Origin: Vicugna vicugna
Taxonomy: Eukaryota
DNA length: 64,000 nt
Direction of reading: 5' to 3'
Assembly: GCA_013265495.1 (NCBI GenBank)
Contig: MU058584.1
Location: 6,538,407 to 6,602,406 of the forward strand
In this document: one piece after another, positions 42,427 through 55,170 of the stretch
Layout of the letters: each line of letters starts with the position of its first letter
Numbering within the stretch: the first letter of the stretch is position 1
Position numbers and translations under genes: made by a program
The notes under the pieces: model-generated
Seen by the model: the letters and a program-made list of their open reading frames with translations, nothing else
Database searches by the model: none
Told to the model about the DNA's origin: nothing

Positions 42427-43771
42427 CAAATACACTGTGGATTTGTATTTCTGGAAAGATCTAGTGATGTGGGACTAATTATATTTCTTTAACCCAATTT
42501 TCCTGGGTTAATTGCTAGTAATTGAGCTGAAATAGGCTATTGTGAGTCTTGACTGTTAAGTCTTGACTAGGTGGTGTCCCAAATAAGTATTAATGATATA
42601 ATCTCTCTATTTGTAGAGTAGCTTTAGTTTTTTCTCTTTCTGGTCTGTCACTTGATCCCCAGAACCACAAACTCCTGTGTGGCTGACAAAATTGCACAGG
42701 AATGCAGGCACCAGAAGAGCTCATGTCATTCCATTTATAAGTCTATCTCATTCCCGCCCTTAGCTGAAAGGTATTTTGCTAATCTTAGAAATGACTAGAA
42801 ACATTTTCATTTAATTAAAATGAGTTCCCTTTTAGCTGTTTAGTATAAAGTAATGGATAATTTGCATCCAAGTATAAGAAACCATTACTTTTCCTTTAAA
42901 AGAAATGCATGGATCCAATTAACAGAAAACCACCAATTACAATTTCTCCCCAGTGGTAGTCCCAGGTCTTAATTACAATTTCTGACAATGAAAAACAAGT
43001 CTGGGTTTTTCTCAACAATAAGAATGGTCAGAAACATGGAAACTGGAGCCTTCTCTAGTTTATCTAGGAGATTTAAACATTTCCAAAATAACTGATCCAA
43101 AAGACAGCGTGAGGACTCAAGTTCATTTGAAGAAAAGCTATAAAATCAAGGCCAATCAGGATGGAAACTCTTGGTTTGGCAATGCTTGCTACTATCAACC
43201 AGTGGATCAAGAAAGGTAGAAAAGTCATCTTAGGCTGTTTAACTGGTTCTCCAAGTACACTATTCAATATGGTATTTATTGACTATCTAAAATGTGTTAG
43301 AATTAAAGTCAGCTACCTAGAGAGAGGAAGGCAAAATGCCCTTTAGTTTTTTTTCAGATACCCTCTTCTCCTCCTCTTTGCTCCCACAAGCTGGTGACGT
43401 AGGCAGGATGAGATTAAATACTGTTTTAATTGATCAGCTGATGAAACACCTGCTATCCACCATAAGCAACTTTCTTCTCTCACCCCCGAAATAAATCATT
43501 ACTCACTGTATCCGACACAGAAAGTACTTCTTCCCTGGCCTTATTCCACTCTCCACTGCTTTTCCCTGCCCTTCAAAACACTGCCACCCTTTTCCAAGTG
43601 CCGTAGACTAATGGAAATCTGGGGCTGTAAGGGACCTCAGAGGTCATTTAGTCCAACCCACCTGCCCCGACCTGCCCCCATCCTGAGAGTTGCAGCCATC
43701 TGGGGCACAGACTTGCAGCTTTGTGAAACTAATGCCTTTTATTCTCCCTGCTCTCTCCTTTGTCCCTACAG

Positions 43772-43910
43772 CGCCATGGCTACTTATTCTGCCACATGTG
43801 CCAACAATAGCCCTGCACAGGGCATCAACATGGCCAACAGCATTGCCAACCTGAGACTGAAGGCCAAGGAATATAGTTTACAGAGGAACCAGGTGCCAAC
43901 AGTCAACTGA
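43772..43910 (+). CDS. PRRX1: PRRX1 terminal exon, coding part with the OAR (aristaless) domain of the long isoform
   Basis: Polypyrimidine tract then ccctacAG|CGCCATG. Encodes SAMATYSATCANNSPAQGINMANSIANLRLKAKEYSLQRNQVPTVN-TGA, with OAR motif SIANLRLKAKEY. Confidence 0.98.
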
Positions 43911-46900
43911 GGAAAAAAATAATTAAACAGGCCTAAGAAGAAAGCAAAAACCATAAGACACCTATCCTGCTCTGTCATTTCTTCATCTGCTGGAAAAAAA
44001 AAATAAAAACAAACAAACAAAAAACAGAACTAAACTATTGGGACCATGGCAGAGAAAAGCAGGAGAGGAGCAAAATGAAAATTAGTTAACAAATGTTCCT
44101 CCTCCCTCTGGGATACCACCACCACTTGTTTCTGTGTGTGTTAATTTTGTTTTTCTTTCTATTCATATGCTTTGCTTAATATACTCTGAGCTTCTTCAGT
44201 TAAGTTCGGCCCACCCACCCCCATGATTACATGGGTTTTAAAAGAATCTACAGCAGCCAAAGAAACCAGAATAATTGCCTATAGTCTCCTCATTGACCTG
44301 TCTGAACCTCAGTGCCTTACCTTAGCCTTCTTCCCAGCTCTCTGTATAGAAGCTCTAGGAACTTCTGAAAAGCCAAAGTCTTTCTGAAAAATCTGTGCCA
44401 GACATAATTCCCTTTCTCATTGCCTCCATCTCTGTTGGTCATGGTAAGGTTTTCCCATCAGCTACTGGGAAACAATTGTGTACAACATCTGGTGGCTGGC
44501 CTGTCTGATCCAGTGTCATTGTCTGTGTCTGGCTAATTCTAAGCTCTAAGCTCTAGATCTAAGCTCTAGATTTAAGCTGTAAGCTATAGAGGATAATATC
44601 ACCATCACCACCAACCCTTCCCCCCATCCAAACAATTAGCCATCTTAAGTTAAAGATATTTGTTGTTTCTGGATTTACTGTCACGGGCTATTTGATAGAA
44701 GAAATATTTTTCACTTGAGAGAGGAAGAGACATTTTTCTAGGAAAACAAAGACTGAGTTGTGAAAGGCATGGCCTACATCTCTTTGGTGCCTTAAGGATA
44801 GTCAGATGCACACTTATATATATACTGTATATATTTATATATTATATATAGATATAAAATATTTTTGCAAGCTTGAGTTTGCAGTCTTTCAAACACTACA
44901 AAGAGCAAATTTCACACCATCACCTGCATCCTTATCTCTACAGTGATGAGACTTTTTATTAGGGATCCTGTTTCCTTTCTTTCTCTACACAGAGCAATTG
45001 ATACGGCAACTGTTTGAGAACAGGTCTAATTTTCACATTAGGGCTTTAAATAAATTAGAAACTATTTGAGGCTATGAAAATGTCCTTGAGCCTGAAGCCC
45101 ACGCTCTGGCGGAATGCTGATGCATCCTGATCTATCACGGGAACTACACTTAGAAGAGGGAAAGCCATTTAGTCATCTACCCTTTTCCCACTCAACAGGA
45201 ATCTGCAAGACACATGTTTAAGTGGAATTCTTAAAGGTCTACCTAAATTCTAAACCTTTAAAAGCCAACTGTGGGCTGTTTTTGTTTCCTAATATTTTGA
45301 AATAAAGTTTAGTATCTAGGGCTGGGAGCCAGGACTGACCTTTTCTTTGTTTCTTTCTCTTTGTTTCTGGCCGTGCTTTTGTAACTTGTCAGGTAGACTT
45401 GACCAAAACACATTACCATGCTGTGCCTTGGTTTACCTTTTTGTAAAATGGGTTTAAACAATATACCTACCTCACAGGGGTGTTGTGAGGCTCTAATCAT
45501 TTGCTACTTTGTCCTTTCCTGTATTCTCTGTATGTCCAGCACTTTGTAGCCATGGGAGGAAAGGGACTATAAAAGTATACAATGTTAATAGAAGGATATG
45601 GTACCCAGAAGCCTTGTTGTCTAGCAAGGAAATGCTACCTTGCTGTAAAAACTTACATTTGGAAATGAGAAATAGGTTTATATTTTCAGACCTCTCAAAA
45701 ATCACATCATTTGATCAAAAATTAATTTAAGACATTTATTTGACTTTTATTTTCATCCTGACCAACTTGGGTTCTAATAATTTCTGTTATCAGTGATTGA
45801 AAAGCTTTAGACTGATTTTGGCCAAATATGGCAACTCTAAGTGACAGACGAGGATTTGGGATTTAAGATGCACTCTCAGCACACGTCTGTTATTTCCCCC
45901 GGCATGTCAGATTGAGCTAATGGCGGTGTTTTTTTCAGTCAAACAGCCAGCAATCTGAAAATGTATTTCAAATGTTGATTTCGTACTTCTCTTAATAAGA
46001 AGGAAGACCATTGTATGCATTTTGCTTTCATCAACTGATTCCCTCATCTTTTAGTCAACTATTAGAACACTTCTTACTGAATGGCTTCTGTAGCCTGGCT
46101 GAACAACACACATCACTTGCTCCCTAAAGTTTTCTTCAACTAGTTCTTTTGTCCCACTAGCTGATGCATATTATCACGTTTCAAAGGAAAGTGTATTGTA
46201 ACAGATTAAAACACTCTTTGTGAAAAGAGTGCAATCCAAGAAATTGCTGAGATTTTGGAATTTGGAGAGAAAAGCTAAAAGAGGAATTTGAGTTATAGTT
46301 CAGGGGAGAGAAATCATACATGAAAGGATTTTGTCAAAAGCGAGGAATCTTAGAAGAGGGAGTAAGAGTCATGTAAAACCAAACCATTTGAGAACTTCAT
46401 CCTGATACTCATTTTCAGTGGTGAACAGAAAAGTCTGACTCCATAGCCCCAGTGCTCGGTGAAACTAGGCAGTTTAACTCAGTGCCTGGGCAAGTGCTGT
46501 CTGGGAATATCACAGAGCAACCAATGCTGTCAGCCACAGGAGCTTTTACTGCCAACCAATACCACAACATCTGTTAGCTAAGCACCCGATGGAGAAGTGC
46601 GCACAGGGTACAAGCACTCAATTTTGTTCACTCGTTATTGATTCTTTAAAAAATAGGGGTTTGAGATGTGATTTGGAGGAGCAGCCTTCTGGCTCCTAAG
46701 CCAGGTATCAATAGAGGGCCTCAGAGCCACAAAGGTCAGAGGCATGTCCTTGTTCATCACCATCATTATACCCAGATAACAGATGAATACTTACGAACTG
46801 TCTATCTGTGTCCCCAGTCCCTCCCCAAACAAAATGCTGACTTGTAAGATACTTGGCAGGTTAAATCAAACCAGAAGAGGTGATCGGATAAAAAAGGGAA

Positions 46901-47040
46901 TGACATGACATTTAGGATATAAAGATCTCGTAAGAAATGTAATATGTAAATTATATCTTGCTTTATGATGTAAAATATACATTGTTTGCGCTAGAATAGA
47001 AATGATTCCTTTTCAATAAAAAGAAAGAAGGATACTACTG
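43911..47040 (+). other. PRRX1: PRRX1 3' UTR (~3.1 kb)
   Basis: Follows the stop codon, is largely repeat-poor and AU-rich, and ends at a well-formed poly(A) site. The exact end is inferred. Confidence 0.8.
45310..45500 (+). mobile_element. MIR SINE within the PRRX1 3' UTR
   Basis: ctgtgccttggtttacctttttgtaaaatggg...tacctacctcacaggggtgttgtgagg matches the MIR core. Confidence 0.7.
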
Positions 47041-47054
47041 CGTTGTCTTTTGTT
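47015..47054 (+). terminator. Distal polyadenylation signal with downstream GU/U-rich element
   Basis: AATAAA at 47015-47020, three upstream TGTA motifs between ~46938 and 46972, and downstream cgttgtcttttgtt. Confidence 0.8.
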
Positions 47055-47589
47055 ATATACACTGGGGGCTGCTGACTTTTCTCTCTTTGAACTTCAAAAG
47101 CAGGTCTGCTAAAATCTAAGGCTGCACTCAGAAAAAAGTGAAGATAAGAGGGATTTATGAACAAGAGAACCTTTATCAGAGTGTAATAATCATTTCTAGA
47201 AAGGAAAATCTATTGTTCCTCATAAACCAAAACTATGGTAGGAGAAAGAGAGGATTTTTTCTTTTTTAGTATAATAGGTAAGTATAGACAGGAATTTTAG
47301 GAGAGTTTTGCTATTTTTTTACCCACATCTTTAGTATCCACAATAACAGCGATAGGACAAAACAGACTTCATATAAAGTATAACTTTTTCTTGTAGAAAA
47401 AAGAATTAACAAAGTAAAATTTAAGCACCTATTTTTATAGAATTGGGTATGTGGGGAGGGGAGGTAGAAAAACCTAATTGGGAGCCAAGGGTTCTTTTTC
47501 ATACAAATTAAAATCTGATTTAAAAGTCAACTGCAGCAGGAACAGATTTATGCAACAGTTCAAGTCAGTAAATTAATATGTCAAGCAAA

Positions 47590-48780
47590 CAGGAGTTCAG
47601 AAGAGACAGCAAGAAAACACTGTGAGCTGGAGTGGGAGAAGTTTTCACTGAGGAACTGGGACTTGAGTTTCATCAGCAAGGATTTGGGCAGGAGAAGAGG
47701 AGGTGATGGCTTTCAAGTTGAGGGGTGCAGTATGAAGAAGAAGGGATGAAGGCAGAGATACAGGAATGAGGAATTTGTATTTCAGGAGCACAGCAAGCTG
47801 GGCACAGAGGGAATGAGAGCTTACTTGGAAGCAGAGTGGAAGAAAACACTGAAGATTGAAGCTGCGTCTTCATCTCGCAGGGTGTTATGTGTCAGACCAT
47901 AGAGGTCCACTGAAAGTTATCAGCAGGAAAAACAAAAAGTGCCATGCAAAAAATACTACTTTATCAGGATTATTGTTGTAAAAGAATGAAGATAAACTAG
48001 AACAGATAGAAGGAGAACAAAAAACAAAGGACGAATAGGACACATCTTGCAAGGAGGAGAGAGTCAATAGGACTGCATGGCAGGAGAAAGAGAATGGAGT
48101 CAAAGATAACACTGATTTGAAACCTGGGGACTAGGAGAATGAATCACCAAAAAGCTGACGAAACTGAACAAAAATGGGAGAGACCCAAGTACAGGAGAAG
48201 ATGATTTCAGTTTTAGATGTGTAACACTGTTTGAAAACCAAAATTTAAGTGTCCAGTAAGTAAAGACATGAAAGTAGGGCTGGAAGCCAAAGTCAAGGAT
48301 GGAGACAGAAGCTTGGGATTCATCTTTAAAGAGGTGACACCTTGAGGCACAGAAGTATATAAGTTCTTTGAGAAGAGAGAGTGTCATTATGACTCAAATA
48401 ATTACTTCAGTAAATGGCTTTTGGAAGTAGTTGAGTCCAGAAAGAAGGATAGGACTTTGAAGAACATCTATAATTAAGGAGAGAGCTACTGAAAGCAATT
48501 TACAAACAGCTGTTGGAGAAATAGGAGAGAGGTCAGCTTGTTTGTTATCCCTGAGTTAAGAAAAGAGAATTTTTCAAAAAGAAGGGTATATTTAGTATAC
48601 TCAAATGCTGTAAAGAAGACTAGTTAATTGGGGATGGAGAGAAGGACACTGGATTTGCAATTTTCTAGAGTACAGGGCACTAGAGCGTTGGTAGAAGAAG
48701 GTACCTTTGGGAAGTGATGGTAAGAATAAGTGCTTTAAAAAATGGAAGCGTTGGCTAAGGACCACTTGCTTGAGACTTTG
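47590..48780 (-). mobile_element. L2 LINE remnant
   Basis: Long purine-rich degenerate stretch with L2-like words (gatgatttcagttttagatgtg, ggatggagagaaggacactggatttg). Confidence 0.6.
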
Positions 48781-49578
48781 ATGTTAAAAGTGTACTAATA
48801 AGGATTCTTTTAGTTGCAGGTGGCAAAGGCAAAAACCTCTCAAACTAGTTCAAATCATAAGAGGCTTTATTTAAAGAACCATAGGGTTGCCCACTGGAGC
48901 CAGAGCAGCTGTGGGAATCCCAGACCCTGGAATGAGGCTCATAGCCTTAGACCAGGCAAGGTCCATACATCCTGCCCTGGGTCTCACCATCACTCTTCTG
49001 ACTGTGCCCCTCCCCTGGGAAAAGAGTCTACAGAACCAGCTGGATGTACCTGCTTGGAATCTGCACCCTTCATTGTAGATCATCCTTCAGGCACTCAAGA
49101 CTTGGGATTTCCTGTTCAAATGATCTGGAATCCATTTTCAGGGTCTACATAGGCCTCTTTTCCTGGAGCCACTGTTTGTGGGGGTTGGAGTATGTAGATG
49201 GTCCTTGGATATGAGTGTTGCAGTTGCCACCTGTGTATGCACATCAACTTTTGGTGTGGAATGGGGCTGAGGTGAGAAGAGAAGTGGGTAGGCCATTGGC
49301 TTGGGGCTCAGGTCTGACCCTCCCCACACTGTCACATTCTGGAAAGGAACTAAAAAACAGTCTGAGAATTCTAAATGTGAACCTGGTGTTTTAGGTCATT
49401 ATAGAGGGATCACCAATGTAGGAAGGTGGAATATAATTTGTTTACGAGTTTGTTAGCTTGATTTGTAACATAAATGTACGGATGCAAATATGTGGACCTT
49501 CATTTTTACTGTTGCCTGGGTATCACTCTAGCATCCCACTGGGTGAGTGACACATGCCTCCTTTAAGGCCTGGCTTGG

Positions 49579-52046
49579 TGGAGGGCAGGGCTTCAAGATG
49601 GCAGAATAGAAGGACATGGATCTCATCCTCTCCCACAAATAAAATCAAAATACATCTACATGTGGAACAATTCTCACAGGATACCTACTGAACTCTGGCA
49701 GAAGATCTTACACAAGTGGAGCCACAAGAAAAATCTCCACATAAACATGTAGGAGGGAAAAAAAGGAGACAGGACCTGCTCCCAGGGAAGGAGCAGTGAA
49801 ATACGGAAAGCACCCTTAGCCCAGAAAGCAGGGGGGTCAGCTGAGACAGAAGGGGAGGCTCAGAGGAGAGCGCAGCAGCCACCCTGCAGCAGACAGCACA
49901 GAGAGAATCCAGCGCAGACGGTCTGTGTGGCCCCCAGCCCGAGACACTAGGCTGCAGGTGCATGCTGGGACTCAGTGCCGAAGCTGGGGCTTTCAAGCAC
50001 AGACCTGGGGAGAGAACTGAGGTTGGCTGTGTGGAGACAGCCAGAGTGTTGTACATGCTGGGGCTGGCAGTGTGTGCAAAGGAGCCTGGGTCTGCCATAG
50101 AAGGCGCCATTGTTGGTGCACATGAAGGGAGGGACAGGACACTGTCATAGCAACCTCCTTCTCCGTGAGCTCACAACGTGTGACCCTGCCAAAAAAGTCC
50201 CTTTGTTAACGTGCTGTCATGAAGGGAGGAGTGGGACTCTACCATAGGAATCTCCTTTACAGCTTGCTCTGGAAAGGCGCAATCACTGGCAGGTTGCCCC
50301 CAAGCAGAGGCAGGGCTGAAATTTGAGCCCATTTGCCCATAACCCCAGGAGCTGGCATTAAGAGCAGTGTGCACATGTGGAGGTGGGGCTGGGGTCTGGG
50401 CTGACCTCGCAGCCCTCAGTGGATACAGATGTGTGAGTCTGCATAACTACTGCGGGCCCCAGTGCCTGACTTCAGTGGAGCTGCCTTGGTGGCTTTGTGA
50501 GCACAGCACCCGAGGGACACCAGGGCAGGCTGCCTGCATTTCCATGGCTGAGGTGGGGCTGAGGACAGTGCCAGCAACAGTGTACTTTGTGAGCTCACAC
50601 CATGGGTTACGGTACGATATCACAGAGGGCACTTCCCAGTGGACATCTCCTGCGGAGGAACTCTCAGCTCCTCTCCCAGCAGAAGTGCTCCCGTCCTGCC
50701 TACCTCACACAGCAGCTCAGAAACAGATCTAGAGGTTTCTACTTCAACAGCTGAAGAACAGACCTGGCCCCCAACAGGGCTGAGACAACCACAGAGCAAA
50801 GAGGAGGCCTGCTCAATATCCAGTGCAGGCTGTGGTCACCACAACACCAACTGCACCCCCTATCAAGGGGATAATAGCCAGCACACATGGAGGAAAGATG
50901 TGACCGCCATACATACTAAAAACAGCACTTGCAACAAAAATACTAGATGCACACAGTCTACACAAGGATGTTCCCAATAAAAAAAAGGACCACAGTAGAC
51001 AACTGTTACTCTTAAATACACAGAGTCAGAGAAATATAAGTAGAATGAAGAAGCAGAAGAACAATTCTCAATTAAAAGAACAAGAGACATCCCCTGAAAG
51101 CACAAACCATGAAATGGATCTCTCCAGTGTACCAGAACTTGAGTTCCAAAAGGAGATGATAAAGTACCAAAGAAATTAAGGAATTGATAGAAATACAGAT
51201 TACTGTAAAAAGAAATTAGAAACTATAAAGAGGAGCCAATTAAAATCAGAAAACTAAATTTCTGAGATGAAAGCTGAGCTAAAGGCAATAAATAACAGAC
51301 TAAATAATACAGAAGAACGAATAAGTGATCTGGAAGACAGAATAATGGAAATCACCCAATCAGAACAGCAGACAGAAACACAAATGAAAAAAAAAAAAAA
51401 AAAGAAAGAAAAAAAAGAGAAAAAAGGGAAAAAAAANNNNNNNNNNNNNNNNNNNNNNNNNNNNNNNNNNNNNNNNNNNNNNNNNNNNNNNNNNNNNNNN
51501 NNNNNNNNNNNNNNNNNNNNNNNNNNNNNNNNNNNNNNNNNNNNNNNNNNNNNNNNNNNNNNNNNNNNNNNNNNNNNNNNNNNNNNNNNNNNNNNNNNNN
51601 NNNNNNNNNNNNNNNNNNNNNNNNNNNNNNNNNNNNNNNNNACAAATGAAAAAAAAAAAAAAAAAGAAAGTAATATAAGAGAACTACGGGATAATATAAA
51701 GCATGCCAATCCATACATAAGAGGGGACATAAGAGGGGTCCCAGAAGGAGAAGAAAGAGAAACGGGGATCCAAAATGTATTTGAAGAAATTACACCTGAA
51801 AACCTCCCAAACCTAAAGACGGAAACACATATCCAAGTACAGGAAGCACAGAGGATTCCAAACAAGATGAACCCAAACAGACCTTATAATTAAAATGGCC
51901 AATGTTAAAGATAAAGAGGATTCTAAAGGCAGTGAGATAAAAACAAAGAGTTGGTTACAAGGGAACCCCCATAAGGCTAACAGCTGATTTCTCTACAGAA
52001 ACATTACAGGCCAGAAAGGAAGGGCAAGATATATTCAAAGTCCTGA
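49579..52046 (+). mobile_element. LINE-1 5' UTR plus disrupted, 3'-truncated ORF1
   Basis: Starts with the L1 YY1 motif CAAGATGGC (49594-49602), then a GC-rich UTR. ORF1 begins near ATG 51045, with coiled-coil/RRM peptides RLNNTEERISDLEDR, IRGVPEGEERE and ENLPNL..IQVQEAQRIP. Frameshifted; 14-bp TSD. Confidence 0.92.
51437..51641. other. Assembly gap (205 N) inside L1 ORF1
   Basis: Run of N flanked by poly(A) tracts. Confidence 0.99.
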
Positions 52047-52659
52047 AAGACCTGGCTTGGCTGCCTTTTGAGTTAATTTCTGGAGATTCCATTAACTAGA
52101 AATCAATGCCAGAAATCTTGTTGAGTCATAAATCTTGAATCTGATCCCACCCCAGACCTCTTGTTTACTCTCTCTTAAAAACAGGACTTGGAGCTCTGTG
52201 CATCCGCAGGACTTCAGTTTAAAGGCTTCTTTCAAACCTTCTTCCTTGGGACAGGGTGACAGGAGAGTTTTAAACAGAGATATTCTGCCCCCTATCAGCC
52301 AGCCTCCCAATTTATTGTTTTACAGGGGATGATGTGGCTCGATAACTTCTATCAGGCCTGTGGGGAGAGAGGACAGCGGAGAGGCTTGAGAAGGGAAACT
52401 TCTAGCTATTTATTTAGCTCTTCTTAAGCCCCAGTACTTTCCACTGTGTTTCAAATTTCCTGACTTTGCTTGAAAAGGGGGAAATTCTGTTACATCTCAC
52501 ACCATTGGCTACTGTCTGACCCTCAGGAGTCTTGGAGATCTGGCACTGGGTTGAGATCCTCCCCTGCTCCACCCCAGTTCCACAAAATACCTCAGGTCAT
52601 GCAGTTCTAGATTTGAAGTCCTATAATAAATAACACTCCTCTTTTCATCGATTAATTTC

Positions 52660-54160
52660 TGTATTGTCAGGTACATTTCAGTTGCAAGTGGCAGAAACCC
52701 AACCAAAATTAGGTTGAGATGGTTTAATTAGGGTGTTTATTAGATGGATGGGAGGTAGGTCACCGGAAGAAAGGAGGAGCTATAAGAGACAGGGTAGCTC
52801 TGAGAACCTCAGCTGCTGGACCTGAGACTTGACATCACCAGAACACTCTCTCTCTCGTCTCTGCAGGAAAATTTTCTCCACGGAGTAGGGAAAGTGGCTG
52901 CTGACAGAGGCAGACATACATTCTTTCAGCTTTAGAAGAAATATCTGAGAAACCAGCTCCTCTTATAAACATCCTGGGAGAGTACTATGATGTCCTGACT
53001 TGGTTTGTACACACTCATAAGCCAATCACAGTATCTTGGAGTGAAAGGTGTAGGGATGTACTGAGCAGCCAGACAAAGGTTGTCTGCCTTTATCAGGCAC
53101 CATGTGAGCATCAGTGCAACTCTTCTGGTCCTCACCTCTAGCTCTAGTCACTACTGAAGCACTCAGTCCCCAGAATATTTCCAGAGTCTTGTAGCCAGAG
53201 CATCAATGAACCAATGTATAAATGCTCTCTGCTTTCATTTACAGGCATACAATTATTGAGCATCAGTCCCCACAGCAGTGGCAGCCACCTTGATAATGCA
53301 ACCATGTGTTGTTTTCCCCTTTTTACCTTTTTATTCACTTGGCCCCTCATTCTTGCTCCTGGAATCATTTTTCCGAATAAACTAACTACATGTCAGCCAT
53401 TACCTCCATCTGTGCATTTTTTTTCTTTCAAGGGGATAATAGGGAGGGCCCTGACTAACCTAAAGCTCTGTTTGCTTTTGCCAGGGACATCCTCCCCAAA
53501 ACTATGTGGATTGAATACTGAAGATCTGTTGTTACTGGAAGACAGAGAAGGAAATGAAACATAGGCAGATAAAAATAACACATTATCCAGAGCAAGGAAG
53601 CAGTGAGAAAACACTTTTGGCTGTAAATTGTTTTCCATCTCAATTGGTATTAACTATTAGTTCTCACTAATGTTGGCAAATGTTCGCTGCAAGCACTTCA
53701 GTGAAAACCGTGCCAATTCCTTTCTTCTTCCCTGTGGAAGAGGCCACTAGCATCTCGGCAAAGTCCATTTACTCTTCTTTCTGGGCACCTGAGTAGACTT
53801 CATTTCCCAGCATCTCTTACAGTGAGGTGTGGTCTTGTGACTAATTTCTGGTCAATGGAATGTGAGAAGAATTTGACAATCTCCATCCTGACTCATATCT
53901 CCCATTTGTGCTTTCCCTTGCTCTTTCTTCCCTCGGGCTGAATGATATGACAGCCTCTGATCAACTTTAGGAGCCACATTTTAAGGATAGTAAAGCAACA
54001 GTCAACCTGCGGCCCAGAAAAGTGACTTCAGGAAGCAAAGCTGCAACTCTCACTCACCTGGAACCATTCTGGTGTGATATATGGTGGGAAACAAAGTTCT
54101 ATTCTGTTAACGCATTACATGACAAGGTTTATCTGTTAATTGCAAGGCAACCCAACCTAA
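52660..54160. mobile_element. Cluster of MaLR (MLT1-like) and ERVL LTR remnants
   Basis: ttcagttgcaagtggcagaaacccaac at ~52677, ccgaataaactaactacatg at ~53372, and catttcccagcatctctt...gtgactaatttctggtcaatggaatgtgag at ~53801. Confidence 0.55.
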
Positions 54161-54579
54161 TATACCTCCTTCTCCATTTTTGCTCCCTTTCCTTCTCTCC
54201 TTCCTTCAATACCACATGCATTTCAAGATCCTTGTAACTCATGGACTTACTGCTTTGCAACACCAAACATTCTTACTCTCCCATATTGGACATTTGAATA
54301 TTATAAAGTCTTGTGACCTCTTGTGCCCTTTGGATAATACCTAATTAACTAAATGTTGTTGTAAATGAATACACTAAGTAACACTTTCGGTAGATTAGTT
54401 CCTGACACTCTGCAGTTCCTGGAAAATATCTCAAAATGTTATTCTAGTTATAAAAAGGCAGCATTCCGAAAGTAAGATAGCTAGGTCATCTACAAATTGA
54501 AGACATCTGAAAACTATTCCTTAAAGTCACATATTTATTTACTTAGTGTCACTCAGTTAAGCAGAGGTAAAATAAGGCG

Positions 54580-55170
54580 AGCAACCCTGGGCAGCCAGAG
54601 AAACTCACACATGTGCACAGGAAGACGGGAACAGAAATGTTCATTATAGCATGGTTTGCAATAATAAAATGTTGGAAACAAATAACATGTCCATCAAAGG
54701 GAGAGTAAACAAACTGTGCTATATTCATACAATGGAATACTATTCAGAGATTAAAAATGAATAAAACATGGGTACATATATCTAGTTAGACACCTCTCAG
54801 AAACATAATTTTGAGGGGAAAAAATAAACAAGTTGCAGAAGGATAAATAAGTTGATGCTATTTATATGAACATTAAAATGCACACTAAAATCATATATTG
54901 TTTATAAACACATATACATGTGGTAAAAAGATAAAATGAAAAACAATTTCAGAATACTAATTTCTAAAAAAAGCAATTTCTGAGTAAGGTGGTATGGGAC
55001 AGAGTTGGGAAGGGTGTGATGGGTGCTTCAAATGCATCTTAAATATTTCATTTCTTGAAAAATATGAGATGCAAATATGACAAATATTGAAGTTTGACAA
55101 AAGCTGGATGGCAAGCACAGCATGTGCAAGATACTGATCTCTGTACTTTTCTGTGCTTCTTATATCTCAC
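54580..55170 (+). mobile_element. Old L1M (L1ME-like) 3' fragment
   Basis: atgttcattatagcatggtttgcaataa...tggaaacaa...atgtccatcaa...tatattcatacaatggaatactattcag. Confidence 0.75.

Noticed and set aside
49685..51105. Several 60-140 aa ORFs on both strands
   Set aside because: They lie in the GC-rich L1 5' UTR, where chance ORFs are long, and show no recognisable domains.
51254..51893. ~200 aa ORFs as intact genes
   Set aside because: Their length is inflated by N bases. One is decayed L1 ORF1 and the others are its antisense shadow.
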